This document shows positions 1 through 10,765 of a stretch of DNA of 49,220 nt, piece after piece. How positions within the stretch are numbered: position 1 is the first letter of the stretch; every line of letters begins with the position of its first letter. The translations under genes and the position numbers were made by a program. This DNA is from Methanobacteriota archaeon (lineage in GTDB: Archaea > Thermoplasmatota > Poseidoniia > Poseidoniales > Poseidoniaceae), in assembly GCA_002699515.1 (NCBI GenBank), contig PAAW01000001.1, positions 1 through 49,220 of the forward strand, read 5' to 3'. The notes beneath the pieces were generated by a model that saw only the letters and a program-made list of their open reading frames with translations, searched no databases and was not told where the DNA came from.

Positions 1-2
1 AT

Positions 3-3000
3 TCCTCAATCTCATTTTCTGCGAATTCCGCTGCTGTTGGAATTTATCAAAACGGTCTTGTCTATCTAGATGATATTGATATTAGTGGCCCTGCAGAAGG
101 TTCAGGAATTTCAACATCATCATCAAAAGTATCAGTAATAAATTCGAATATTCATAATGTTACAGGTTATAATGGAGTATACATTTATGGAGAATCAGAT
201 ATTACTATTCATAATACTAAAATAGATACAGTAGCTAGAGAAGCGATATTATTGGGAGAATATCACTGGGATGATAGTAATTGGAATACAGGTTCTTCAT
301 CGCCAGAGGCTGCTAGATTGAAATTAACTAATAGTGACATTACTAATGCAGGTGGGGCATGTAATTCAAAAACAGTATATGGAGAAACGGGAAATACGGA
401 TGGTATATTTGAGTGCCCTGCAGTACACATTTACATGGGTTCGGCAACATTATGGAATAATTCAATTGTAGATACTACAGGTGATGCAATAAGAGTTACT
501 GGAGGCATTGTTGATATTAGAAATAATACCGTTAGTGCTGGAGAATATGCTGCAAGAGTTGCTAGTTACAATACTAAATATTCAGCAGATAGCAATAGAG
601 AATATACTGGAAAATATGGATCTATAGCATATTTCTCAAATAATACTTGGAATGTAGATGCCCAAACTTACAATATTACTGAAAGTAGAGTTGCTGTGCA
701 ATCTTAGACAATTCCTGTTCCATCAACATCAGGAGTTTATTCTGTAGGTTTAAGATGGAGAGGTGCAGCTGTTAAATGCGATACTAACATGTATACTGAT
801 TGCCTTAAAGTACCACCAATGTATAGTAATCAATTTTCAAAATTAGTTTATCCAGAAGATATTCCAATGTCTATTGAATTAAACCCTAATGCAACTGTAT
901 TTGCTTTTGCTGATTTAGATATCGGATTAGAGAATATACATATTGGCAGATTAAACAGTGGTGCAGGCAAACATCAAAATATAGTACAACAAGGTGAGCT
1001 TGTAAGATATCGTGTTTTAGCAAATGGAGATACTGTATCTAATGCAGATATTACAGTTAGAGACAGTCATGGAAATGAATTATATAATTTGACTACAGAT
1101 GAATATGGAATGACTCCACAAATAGTTTTAGCAAGCGATTTTCATATGGATTTCACAGGTTTCGGTCCTAATCCTGATGGATTAGTAATTGATCCTTTAG
1201 AAAATTCCTGTAATGACGATTTAGATAATGATGGAGATTTACTTTTTGACGATCAAGACCCAGATTGTATTGGTGGAGGAAGGGAAATGTCAACATACTT
1301 TATCGATGCATGGAAATTTGACAAAGGTTCTGCAACAGAATCAATAACCTTGACTTCTCAAATAGAAGGAGTTATTGATTTATCTAATATTGCACCTTCT
1401 GTAGAAATGGATATTCAATTTCCCGAAAATGCAGCATTTAAGAGATGGGTAAATGTGACAGGAGAAGCATATGATGGTTCGACAGATAGAGCGCCTGGAA
1501 CTTACAGTTCAGATTGGGAGGCACTACTCGGACATATGGGGACTGTAGACCGCGTTGAAGTTCGTCTACCTGGTGGTTCATGGGACGATGGAATTTTAGC
1601 AACAGATACATCAGGATTTAATGAGGATACAGTTACTCAGCAAAATTGGCCATGGAAGAGTTGGTCGTATAGTATTGATCTAAGTGATCAACCAGAAGCG
1701 GATTACCCCTTTGAATTTAGAGCATTTGATGGGGTGGAATATAGTCCAGTTTTATCACGTTCTTTCCAATTAAACACGGTCACTCCAGATGTGATGATTA
1801 CATCACCTCAAGATAATTCAGAACATAGTCAAAATAGCGTATTGTTCAGAGGTTCAGCCACAGATCCTTATTCTGGAGTAAATTCACCTGATTTAAACAA
1901 GATTCATATTAAATTTACAAAAGAAGATGGTTCAACTTTACCTACAAAAGAATTTATTCCTAGTAATTGGAATGATTGGGAATATGAATGGGACTTAACA
2001 TCTTCTGTAAGTTCTGGAGTTTATTATGTTGAAATTTGGGCAAGTGATTCTAAGTTTTGTAGATTTAATGTTGATGAATGTACAGCTGTAGAATTAACAT
2101 TGACAATAATTAATGAGAATGCAATTCCAATAGTAGAGATTTATGGCCCATCTACAGGAGAGATTCAAGGAGATGAGCAAACAAGAATTTATGGATATGC
2201 AACAGATTTAGATGGAGAGGTAAGTAGGGTTGAAGTAAATATTACTCATGCTGCAGGAGGCTGGACAAATTTACCTAATATCTATGAATTTAATGGAAAT
2301 GATTGGGAAACCTACTGGGATACTTCTGAAGAAGATCATTTAAGTCAACATACAATTAGTGTAAGGGCTTTTGATTCAAATATGATAGATGGATACAGTG
2401 TCACTAAAGAAGTAACAATTACAATATTAAATCCTGAAGATGAAGTAGACCCGCCCCAATTTAATCAAACTGCTTGGGATTCCGATTTAAGTGGCGGTTC
2501 CACAGTGAAAATTTTCTGTGACAAAGGTTCAAAATCACTTGAAAAATGTGGTTCTGGTTTAGAAATGGATTTAAATAAATTCTTTGAACATTCTGGAAAT
2601 TATCAATTAAGTTATAGTATTGCAGGAGATGAAGAAGATTTCAATGAGCACGACCAATTTATGTTTAAAGTACTGGAAATTAATCCACAAACTGGCATAC
2701 TCACTTATAATCCTGCAACATCAACAATGAGTACATATTATTCAGATGAAGTACAATGGAGTTTTATTGGTGTTAAAATAAAAGCTACAGATTCATACAG
2801 CCAATCAATAGAGTCGCCAGAGTTTAATATTGTTGTAATTGCAGTTGAATTTACATTCCAGCAATTAAATAGTGAAGAAGTAAGTTCAGAAAACCCTGCA
2901 ATATATGTTGGGACAGGTAGGCCTGGAGAAGTAGTCAAAGCATACATGACTTCTGGAAAGTTATCATTGGGTGAAGCAATCGTAGATCAAGAAGGGACAT

Positions 3001-3434
3001 GGACATTAGAAATTCCTCGGACATTTTTCCCAGATGATGGAGGAGTTATTGATATTGAATTTGAATATGCTAGTGATCCTTATAATGTTGCAAATGGGAT
3101 AAGTGTCGAGAGTCCCGATCAAGGAATGTCTTTATGGGCTAAATTATTGATAGTCTTCCTTGTCTTAGTTTCATTATTAGTGGTCTTAGCATATTTCTTT
3201 ATTGAATTTGAGGATGATGATGAGATGGATTTTTCTGAAGGTGATGGTGAAGTTGTTACAGATACTTATGCTTGGGGAAATAACCAGCAACAACAAGTTC
3301 CTCAAACGGCACAGGTCCAAGTTAATACAGATCCGAATCCAAAATTAGAAGCATATGTACAGCAATTAATATCTCAAGGTTATGATGAAAATACAGCAAG
3401 AGCATATGCAGAACAATATAGGAATCAGTTTTGA
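3..3434 (+). CDS. Large surface protein (5'-partial): right-handed beta-helix repeats, Ig-like domains, C-terminal TM anchor; interrupted by one in-frame TAG at 705-707
   Basis: Frame is open from base 3 (SSISFSANSAAVGIYQNG...). ORFs 252..707 and 789..3434 share this frame and the 27 codons after the TAG are open (TIPVPSTSGVYSVGLRWRGAAVKCDTN). Beta-helix-like strands (VINSNIHNVTGYNGVYIYG), Ig-like units (PDVMITSP...GSATD), TM LWAKLLIVFLVLVSLLVVLAYFFIEF. Confidence 0.75.
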
Positions 3435-3497
3435 AATTATGAACATTTAACCATGGCATTCATAACCTTTCTTTGATAACGAAGTAACGGTGGAATC

Positions 3498-6020
3498 ATG
3501 AACAATCCAAAACCAGGAGTTCAGGAAAGGATATTATTGCATCTTAGAGACTATGTTGCATTCATTGAATCAGTAGAGGTCCCATTCGCATTATCTCAAA
3601 TGGGAATAGCAAATGCAGTGGCAATTGCAAGAAGTAATGTTCCACGTGCAATTTCTGGATTAAAGGAACAAGGATTGTTAATTGAAAGACAAGCACATGT
3701 TTCTGGAGTGATGAGGAAAAGGAAATCATATTTCTTAACAAGTTCAGGTTCAGAACATGCTGATGAAACATGGAATAGATTAAGTAAGCATGAATTTATG
3801 GTTTTATCAAATGAAGAAGAATTAATTGAAACTACCTTAGGTTCCTGTAATGAAATATTGCCGTTCCAGATACGTCCAGTTGATATTCTTCGTTACTTAA
3901 GAGATGACGGAATTTTAGAAGTTACAAAATTAACTCCTGAATTAATAGAACGAGACCTAACAAAAAGGGTTGAAAAACAACTATCCTCCTCTCTAGGAGA
4001 TTTGCCGAGATTAAGACATTTTTATGGCAGGGTAACCGAATTGCAGGCAATCACAGAAACTTTGGATCAAGGTCCTTTTGCAATATTAATATCTGGAATT
4101 GCAGGAATTGGAAAAACAAGTTTGGCATCTAAATTATTAGAAAATTATACATTTAGAAGGAATCTGATATACCACAGGTGCCAATTAGGAACAGGGGGAA
4201 GGCCATTTTTAGAGGATTTAGCGGCATGGCTTAGCTCAATTGGTGTTGATGCTCTAAACGATTACTTAGAAGCAAGTTCGGTACCAAGAATTGATGAAAC
4301 AGTAGAATTACTTGTGAGTTGTTTACAGAATATTCAAGCATTAATTGTGATAGACGATTATCATAAAAACGATGAAGATGTGTTTTATAAAATAATTTAC
4401 AACTTTACATTAAGGATTAATGAAATGAGTGATGGTTTAGGGTTAGTGATTTTTTCAAGATCATATCGTCCAGTGATACCACTTAGAGATGAAAATGGTA
4501 AAAGTGTGAGTAAAATATTGCCACTTGATGGTTTGGATCCAGAATCCTCAAAAAATATTCTAAAATCATTTGAGAGTATTGGTGATGATGACTTCGGGAG
4601 AATTTATGGAATTTCAAAGGGACATCCATTAGTTTTAGAGTTAATTAATAGAGGTGCATCTACAATTGAGCATCATTTGACTTTAGAAAACTATGTTTCT
4701 ATGGAGATTTTTAATAAGTTATCTGCAGAAGAAAAAAGATTGCTACAATCACTTGCAATATTTAGAGAACCAGTCCCTCTTGAGGCTTTAACAACAATTG
4801 ATTTAGATTTGAATACTCTTGATAATTTAGTTGAACAAGGATTAGCAAGAAGAGTAGATTCAGAGAATTACGATGTGCATGATTTGATTAGGGAATTTAC
4901 ATTTAATGGTATAGATGAGCAAGTAGCTATCCCTCTTCATACTTCAGCTGCTGAATGGTATAAAAAGAAATTAAACTCTACTCAAGATATCATTGAGTAT
5001 TTACATCATAAAATAAGTTATGCAGATGTAGAATCTGCAGCCGAAGAACTTGCATTAAGAGGAGATGAATTGATTAATTCTGGCCAATTAGAGTTATTGG
5101 GATTAATAAATAGATTAATTGATTCAAATGGACCAGCAAAAACGTGGGGTAAATTATGGTATTTGAGAGGTGAGATCTTGGCATTATCTGGTGATTTTGG
5201 TGGAGCAGAAGCATCCTTTACAGTAGCTATGGATAATGCAAATAAAGCTAAAGATATCACTTTAGAAAGTACTTTACTTTCTAGTTTGGCTGAACTTGCT
5301 TGGAAAAGAGGAGATAGTAAGTTAGCATTAGATCTTCATAGGCAGGCACTAAAGAGATTTATTGCAATTAAAGATTCAATCGGGGCATGCAACACTTATA
5401 CTAATATGAGTTATATTTTTAGATCGGAGGGTAAAAAACAACTTGCAATGGATTCACATTCAGAAGTTGAACATATACTTGCAAATGAAAAAGATGAAAA
5501 GTTAGTTCATGCGAGAATAAATTTGGCACGTTCGTATTTGGAAATGGATAAATTAGAATTGGGGCGTGAACATGCTCTAAAAGCATTTGATGAAACACAA
5601 TCAAAGGGAGATGAAATCACACATTCGCGTGCAAGAGCAGTATTAGGTCGATATTATGCATTAATTGGAGATACAGATTTAGCTTTAAATCATTATTCAG
5701 AAACATTACAATCACTTGCAAATGAAGATGATCTTGAAATTAGAGTTGAATTAATATTATTACTTGGAGAAGTACTTGAAGATTCAGGTAAGAGAGATGA
5801 AGCAGTAGAAAGATATCTAGAGGGTCTTGCATTGGCTGAATCTAGTAATCAACCACTTTTGGTTGGTGAATTATTATCACGATTAGGGACTACAGGGTTT
5901 GATAAACAGCGTAGAATGGAATATTTACAAAGGGCATTAAATGTATTTAGAGAAGTAGGTGCAACTAGAAAAATGCAGGAAGTACAGATGATGTTCCATA
6001 AGGCAATTACTGGAAATTAA
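3498..6020 (+). CDS. Winged-HTH + STAND (NB-ARC-like) ATPase + TPR repeat protein
   Basis: N-terminal HTH (LSQMGIANAVAIARSNVPRAISGLKEQGLL), FYGR pre-P-loop, Walker A GIAGIGKT, Walker B LIVIDDYH, GHPL motif, VHDLIR (MHD-like), C-terminal TPR-like helical repeats. Confidence 0.85.
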   Translation: MNNPKPGVQERILLHLRDYVAFIESVEVPFALSQMGIANAVAIARSNVPRAISGLKEQGLLIERQAHVSGVMRKRKSYFLTSSGSEHADETWNRLSKHEFMVLSNEEELIETTLGSCNEILPFQIRPVDILRYLRDDGILEVTKLTPELIERDLTKRVEKQLSSSLGDLPRLRHFYGRVTELQAITETLDQGPFAILISGIAGIGKTSLASKLLENYTFRRNLIYHRCQLGTGGRPFLEDLAAWLSSIGVDALNDYLEASSVPRIDETVELLVSCLQNIQALIVIDDYHKNDEDVFYKIIYNFTLRINEMSDGLGLVIFSRSYRPVIPLRDENGKSVSKILPLDGLDPESSKNILKSFESIGDDDFGRIYGISKGHPLVLELINRGASTIEHHLTLENYVSMEIFNKLSAEEKRLLQSLAIFREPVPLEALTTIDLDLNTLDNLVEQGLARRVDSENYDVHDLIREFTFNGIDEQVAIPLHTSAAEWYKKKLNSTQDIIEYLHHKISYADVESAAEELALRGDELINSGQLELLGLINRLIDSNGPAKTWGKLWYLRGEILALSGDFGGAEASFTVAMDNANKAKDITLESTLLSSLAELAWKRGDSKLALDLHRQALKRFIAIKDSIGACNTYTNMSYIFRSEGKKQLAMDSHSEVEHILANEKDEKLVHARINLARSYLEMDKLELGREHALKAFDETQSKGDEITHSRARAVLGRYYALIGDTDLALNHYSETLQSLANEDDLEIRVELILLLGEVLEDSGKRDEAVERYLEGLALAESSNQPLLVGELLSRLGTTGFDKQRRMEYLQRALNVFREVGATRKMQEVQMMFHKAITGN

Positions 6021-6490
6021 TTAACTGGTTTATTAGAAATCTCAATGATTCCGTTAGACATATGAACCCATATTGAAGATTCTCCTTTGAGATTTATTTC
6101 TCCAACATGAGTTGTAGGTGCTGCAGAAGTAGATTTATATTCAAACGGATTTTTAAAATTAGGATGTGTTATGGTTAGTTTTTCATCATCTAATAGCATA
6201 ATGATGTTTACAGAAGATTGTTCTACGTTTAACAGTTCTATTTGCTCAGAATAAGTGGCATTTGGATTAATTCTTGCAACATCATCTGCTCTTTCAATTG
6301 CTGAACCTACACGCTCAACATTCTCCGTAAGGGCCACATCTGACCATCTTTCTCTAGTGGAATTCTCTATATCCCATGCCCATAATGAATATAATGAAAG
6401 TAGTAGAAGTCCTAGAAGAAATGTAAATACATAACCTAATTCAGTTGCAGCACCAGATTCATCCTCTGTAAAATTAATGTTTTTCTTCAT
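6017..6490 (-). CDS. Archaeal type IV pilin-like protein (class III signal peptide)
   Basis: MKKNINFTEDESG|AATELGYVFTFLLGLLLLSLYSLWAW: short charged leader, G at -1, hydrophobic helix. ATGA overlap with the upstream gene. Confidence 0.7.
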   Translation of the reverse strand: MKKNINFTEDESGAATELGYVFTFLLGLLLLSLYSLWAWDIENSTRERWSDVALTENVERVGSAIERADDVARINPNATYSEQIELLNVEQSSVNIIMLLDDEKLTITHPNFKNPFEYKSTSAAPTTHVGEINLKGESSIWVHMSNGIIEISNKPVN

Positions 6491-8730
6491 CCACCTTCCT
6501 CCTGTGCATCGAATGAAATTGATGTAAATGTCAATGTGAACTCAATGTCCTTATTTAGGCTATGATATACAGCCTCTCCGTTACTTCTATCAACCCACCC
6601 TGTGTAATCAGATAGTAAATCAAATTGATTGGGATATGATATCCAATCATCAGAATATTCAAGATCTTCTGAAAGCCAATTTGTGATGCTACTGCCGTAC
6701 TGGTCATTCCAGCCCATTCTAATATTCTTTGAGAGTTCATTAGTACAAAATTTTGTTTCAATTACTTTTAATTGAACTTTTACATCAGAAGAACCGCTAG
6801 CCATACTGGATGAAGTAGGCATCATTACAGGCAAATGTACTCCTAATAAGTTTGAGTTTCCTTTAGCGGCTAAGGCAGAATGTGAAACTGAAGGTCTCGC
6901 TTCGGGATGATTTGTTGTTACTATTCCTCCTTTGTCAACAACTTCTAGATTCGAAATACTACTAGAAAATTTATATTTTAAAGCAGGTATTTGAATTACC
7001 CAAGCATCTGCAAGTGAAGAAAAAGACGAGATATCATTTTCCCCAATTAATTGTATATTTATTCCTGAATGATGATCTCCCTTTTCCCATGCATCTCTAA
7101 TCCCTGAAAGAGTTAATTCACTGACATCATACCAAGGTAAATCGATATTAATCCAACCAGAGGCGAATAACGATAGTGGAAGGCACCTTTGAGATCCTTT
7201 GTCCATTAGTTCCGTAATTCCAGTATTTCCAATAATTTGCATCAATCTCATGGAATGTCCTGAAGTTACAGTTGAATTTAATTCTCCAGATTCTTGTGAT
7301 GAAAGGAAATATGAATTGCCACTTGTACTTTCCAAATTTCCAGTGGCATTAAAAACTCCTGAAAATTCAAATGAAGCTTTTGATCCTGTAAGTGTGGCGT
7401 AAATAGATGCTTCATTATTTCCTACTTGTTCACCAGTCCAGCTAGTTGTAAACTCTTTTCCAGAAAATTGTCCCGTGTCCTTAGCAACAAGATAAGAAAT
7501 ACCGTTAGAGAGATAACCATTATTATCTGATGCATCTTCAGTCCATTTGATTGTAATTTCAGAATTACTTGTGATTTTTACAACTCCATTCGTACCAGCA
7601 ATAGGCCAATCTAATTTATACATGCCATTACTATTTATTGAAAAACTAGATCCTTGAACGTCAATTTGTGCTGGGGAATTATCATAATTTGAAATTATTA
7701 ATGTTCCTGCCAGGGGGGGTATGAGGAATTCAGTACCCAGCATAATTCCTTCTGTTGAAGGCCAATTAACTGAACCAAGATTCGATTCAGTATCTGTTTG
7801 TAAGATTAGGTTGGCATTTTTTGATGATTCAATAGTTAGTATTTTTGTTTCAATGTTGTTGAAACTCTTAGACCATATTGCACCATCTCCGATTAAAGAA
7901 GCGCTTTCAGTCATTTTTTCATTTCCAAATTCCCATGTGATCATAGTGCTTTTTTCTGAAATTAGGTTAATGTTATTATTTCCTGCAGGTAATGGGATTT
8001 TCCAAATAGTTCCCAAACCTTTGTGGTTTGGATTATTTGGGGAGATAAAAGTAGCACCTCCCTCCCCTAATTTGTATAATATTGTCAATTCAACATCACT
8101 AATTATTGTAGATTTACTATTTGAATCCTCTAATGGTAAATCAATTTCTAAAACATTATTATTACTAATTTTTGATGTAAACAATTCCTCTCCTTGCATT
8201 ATAGTTACAATAGATGAAGTAATTGTTGATGAAATTTGAGATTTACTTGCAATTATTATTTTTCCTTCTATTGCAGGTAATTCATATTTCCATTTAGATT
8301 CAAATTGTAGGTGTAAATCATCCATACAATAAGAACTTAATTTTCCTGTTGGGAACCTTATGTCAAATTCATTTCCAAAGTTTCCAGCATTTCTTAATCT
8401 GAACTCTGAGTCTTCAGTCCATGATGAAGAAAACCAGACTCCTGAATCTTTTAAATCCCATTCAAGTTTCCCAAGTACTGGTTCTAATCTCAATTCAGAT
8501 GAACTTCCAGGCAAGCCTCTTTGAGCTAATTGTGCTTCATATTCAGATAAATCCTCAAATTGAGCAACAGCATCGCTAGATTCTATAGCTCCTTGTAATT
8601 CATTAATCACAGGGACTATTGAAACAAGCATGACACTGATGATGCTCATTACTCCTGCAAACATTAGAACAGTCGCAATTGCAGAATTAGCAGCATTAGT
8701 GTCACTAACTAGGTTGTTTATGCGTTTCAG
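6487..8730 (-). CDS. Large pilin-like/minor pilin or adhesin with class III signal peptide; likely CTG start at 8730 (first ATG at 8664)
   Basis: In-frame extension upstream of 8664 reads (L)KRINNLVSDTNA|ANSAIATVLMFAGVMSIISVMLVSIVP, a complete prepilin-type N-terminus. The body is beta-rich and Ser/Gly/Asn-rich. Confidence 0.65.
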   Translation of the reverse strand: MKRINNLVSDTNAANSAIATVLMFAGVMSIISVMLVSIVPVINELQGAIESSDAVAQFEDLSEYEAQLAQRGLPGSSSELRLEPVLGKLEWDLKDSGVWFSSSWTEDSEFRLRNAGNFGNEFDIRFPTGKLSSYCMDDLHLQFESKWKYELPAIEGKIIIASKSQISSTITSSIVTIMQGEELFTSKISNNNVLEIDLPLEDSNSKSTIISDVELTILYKLGEGGATFISPNNPNHKGLGTIWKIPLPAGNNNINLISEKSTMITWEFGNEKMTESASLIGDGAIWSKSFNNIETKILTIESSKNANLILQTDTESNLGSVNWPSTEGIMLGTEFLIPPLAGTLIISNYDNSPAQIDVQGSSFSINSNGMYKLDWPIAGTNGVVKITSNSEITIKWTEDASDNNGYLSNGISYLVAKDTGQFSGKEFTTSWTGEQVGNNEASIYATLTGSKASFEFSGVFNATGNLESTSGNSYFLSSQESGELNSTVTSGHSMRLMQIIGNTGITELMDKGSQRCLPLSLFASGWINIDLPWYDVSELTLSGIRDAWEKGDHHSGINIQLIGENDISSFSSLADAWVIQIPALKYKFSSSISNLEVVDKGGIVTTNHPEARPSVSHSALAAKGNSNLLGVHLPVMMPTSSSMASGSSDVKVQLKVIETKFCTNELSKNIRMGWNDQYGSSITNWLSEDLEYSDDWISYPNQFDLLSDYTGWVDRSNGEAVYHSLNKDIEFTLTFTSISFDAQEEGG

Positions 8731-9761
8731 ATTATCACAACCCTGTGGAGTACGATTTCAGTTAAGATTGATTTTTCCAGAGGATGAATTCCAAAGCCAT
8801 CAATGCCTGATACCCTTTTCCAAGGCCCTAAACCCTCGTAAGAATCTAATGTGCCAGAAGCCAAATTCATGTTGTAATCTTCCATCCAATTAGACATGTA
8901 TCTATCAGTCATAGATTCATCAATTTCATTACTCATACTCATTCTAATGTTTCTAACTTCGCCATCAAATAATTCAAGAGGTCCTTCAGATACCATTTGT
9001 AAACGAAATGAACTTGAACTACCTGAGAGTAAACTCATGTCAATGTCGACAAGTACAAAACTAAATTGTTGAGAATTATCTGGCATAGAATAATGTCTTA
9101 ATGAGGGATATCTTGTTACTTTGTATGCTTCACCATATAATTTTTCCATTCTTGCTCCATTTACTAAATCTATGTCAAAATTACCTGTAGATAATGCAGT
9201 ATCTATTCCAATTCCAGATAACTCCAAGCGAACAAATTTATGAATAATGTCTGAATCAACATTTAAAATTTCAATAATTAATAATTTATCCATATAGTTC
9301 TCAAAATTTACATTTGCAGTACCATTTTCAAAAATTAATGTATGAGTGGTAATATTTCCTCCATTATTCACTTTTGCATATTTGGCAGTGTTGTTTATTG
9401 AATTAACATTAACAGAATTAAAAGAAGATAATGCAACCTCAATTACATCTGAGCCATATGTATCAGCTGAAATTGTCCAAAACTCTGCATTAACTAATCC
9501 AGAGATAGATGTAGATGCTAATTCGAATGTTTGAATTGAACCAGTATCTTGAGGTGATGCGCCTACTAATCTGATTCTTTCATCTATTTGATCTGCAATT
9601 ACTTTAGCTTGGGACCAATTCTTATTGTCATCATAATCAGCAATATAGGGTTGTAATATTATTATGGCAGAAGATAATACAATAACAATCATTGCTAGCA
9701 ACATTACCATTCCAATAATGTCACTAAGTGCAGAATCATCATCTTGTAAATCCCGTTTCAT
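8727..9761 (-). CDS. Archaeal type IV pilin-like protein (class III signal peptide)
   Basis: MKRDLQDDDSA|LSDIIGMVMLLAMIVIVLSSAIIILQP; SD-like AAGGGAG upstream. Confidence 0.75.
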   Translation of the reverse strand: MKRDLQDDDSALSDIIGMVMLLAMIVIVLSSAIIILQPYIADYDDNKNWSQAKVIADQIDERIRLVGASPQDTGSIQTFELASTSISGLVNAEFWTISADTYGSDVIEVALSSFNSVNVNSINNTAKYAKVNNGGNITTHTLIFENGTANVNFENYMDKLLIIEILNVDSDIIHKFVRLELSGIGIDTALSTGNFDIDLVNGARMEKLYGEAYKVTRYPSLRHYSMPDNSQQFSFVLVDIDMSLLSGSSSSFRLQMVSEGPLELFDGEVRNIRMSMSNEIDESMTDRYMSNWMEDYNMNLASGTLDSYEGLGPWKRVSGIDGFGIHPLEKSILTEIVLHRVVII

Positions 9762-9780
9762 TGATATTTCTCCCTTAAAA

Positions 9781-10590
9781 TTAAATCTTTATAGACATCT
9801 TTTCCTGAGTACTTTGTCCCAAAAAGTGACTAAATTCTGGGCCGTCTTGCAGAGATATTGCGATGTCACCGGTGAAAATGTCGTCAATATGGTATAAAAC
9901 AGTACTCTCTGCAAGATGTGGCTGATTATTTTTCTCAGAAAGGTGGGTTAGAACAATACTTTTAGTTTCTGGGCCAATAATTTTAGATAGCAATTTACCA
10001 GTTTGTTTATTTGATAAATGGCCACCTCTCCCCATAATTCTATTTTTTAATATGTCTGGATAAGGCCCAGAAAGTAGACGTCTTAAATCATAATTTGCTT
10101 CTATTGAGATATGTGAACAACCTTGCATGTGTTTGATTACTTCATCTGTTTCACTGCCTATGTCTGTGACTACACATGTTTTTTCTCCACCTTTTGTGAC
10201 TATTGAAAAACCTACATTTTCTGCACCAGAATGGGGTACAGGAAATGGTAAAAATGAAACATCAGATAATATTTCTAATCGGTCTAAGTTTTCAAAAAGC
10301 TCAAGGTTTTCTTTGTCTAACACTCCTATTTTTTCTGCAGTAAAATAATTCATTTTTGCAGGAATATTCCATTTTCTCATTGCATATTCAACACCACTGC
10401 CATGATCTCCATGATGGTGAGAAATAAGCATACAATCAATATCTGTTGGTTTTAATTCCATTCTTGCTAATCTTTTTTCTAACTGCCTACCAGAAAATCC
10501 GTTGTCGATTAGAACATTACCATTTTCACTTGAAATTAGTGTTGAATTACCCCGGCTACCAGAACCTAGGTGTGTAATGGAGACGGACAT
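9781..10590 (-). CDS. MBL-fold metallo-hydrolase, YycJ/WalJ-like
   Basis: LGSGSRGN, LIDNG, HHHGDH (HxHxDH), IEANYD, GHLSN and HLSEKNN motifs. Likely start is ATG 10590 (MSVSITHLGSGS). Confidence 0.85.
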   Translation of the reverse strand: MSVSITHLGSGSRGNSTLISSENGNVLIDNGFSGRQLEKRLARMELKPTDIDCMLISHHHGDHGSGVEYAMRKWNIPAKMNYFTAEKIGVLDKENLELFENLDRLEILSDVSFLPFPVPHSGAENVGFSIVTKGGEKTCVVTDIGSETDEVIKHMQGCSHISIEANYDLRRLLSGPYPDILKNRIMGRGGHLSNKQTGKLLSKIIGPETKSIVLTHLSEKNNQPHLAESTVLYHIDDIFTGDIAISLQDGPEFSHFLGQSTQEKMSIKI

Positions 10591-10765
10591 CCCTTTAGAC
10601 GGGACGCGATAAGACTTTGAACTAATCGACAAACAAACAGTGAAATGTCTGATTATTCAACTAATTTTTAGTTACGGGCAATAATTTTGTATGAACATTG
10701 TTCCATCAGTATCATAAGGTATTTGAGTTGGTAAAGTTTTGTCGGATGACCGTCAGGTAAGCATA

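Noticed and set aside
705-707. Pyrrolysine or genome-wide TAG recoding
   Set aside because: No pylTSBCD in the window, and TAG ends conserved genes (gltX, arcS) at expected C-termini.
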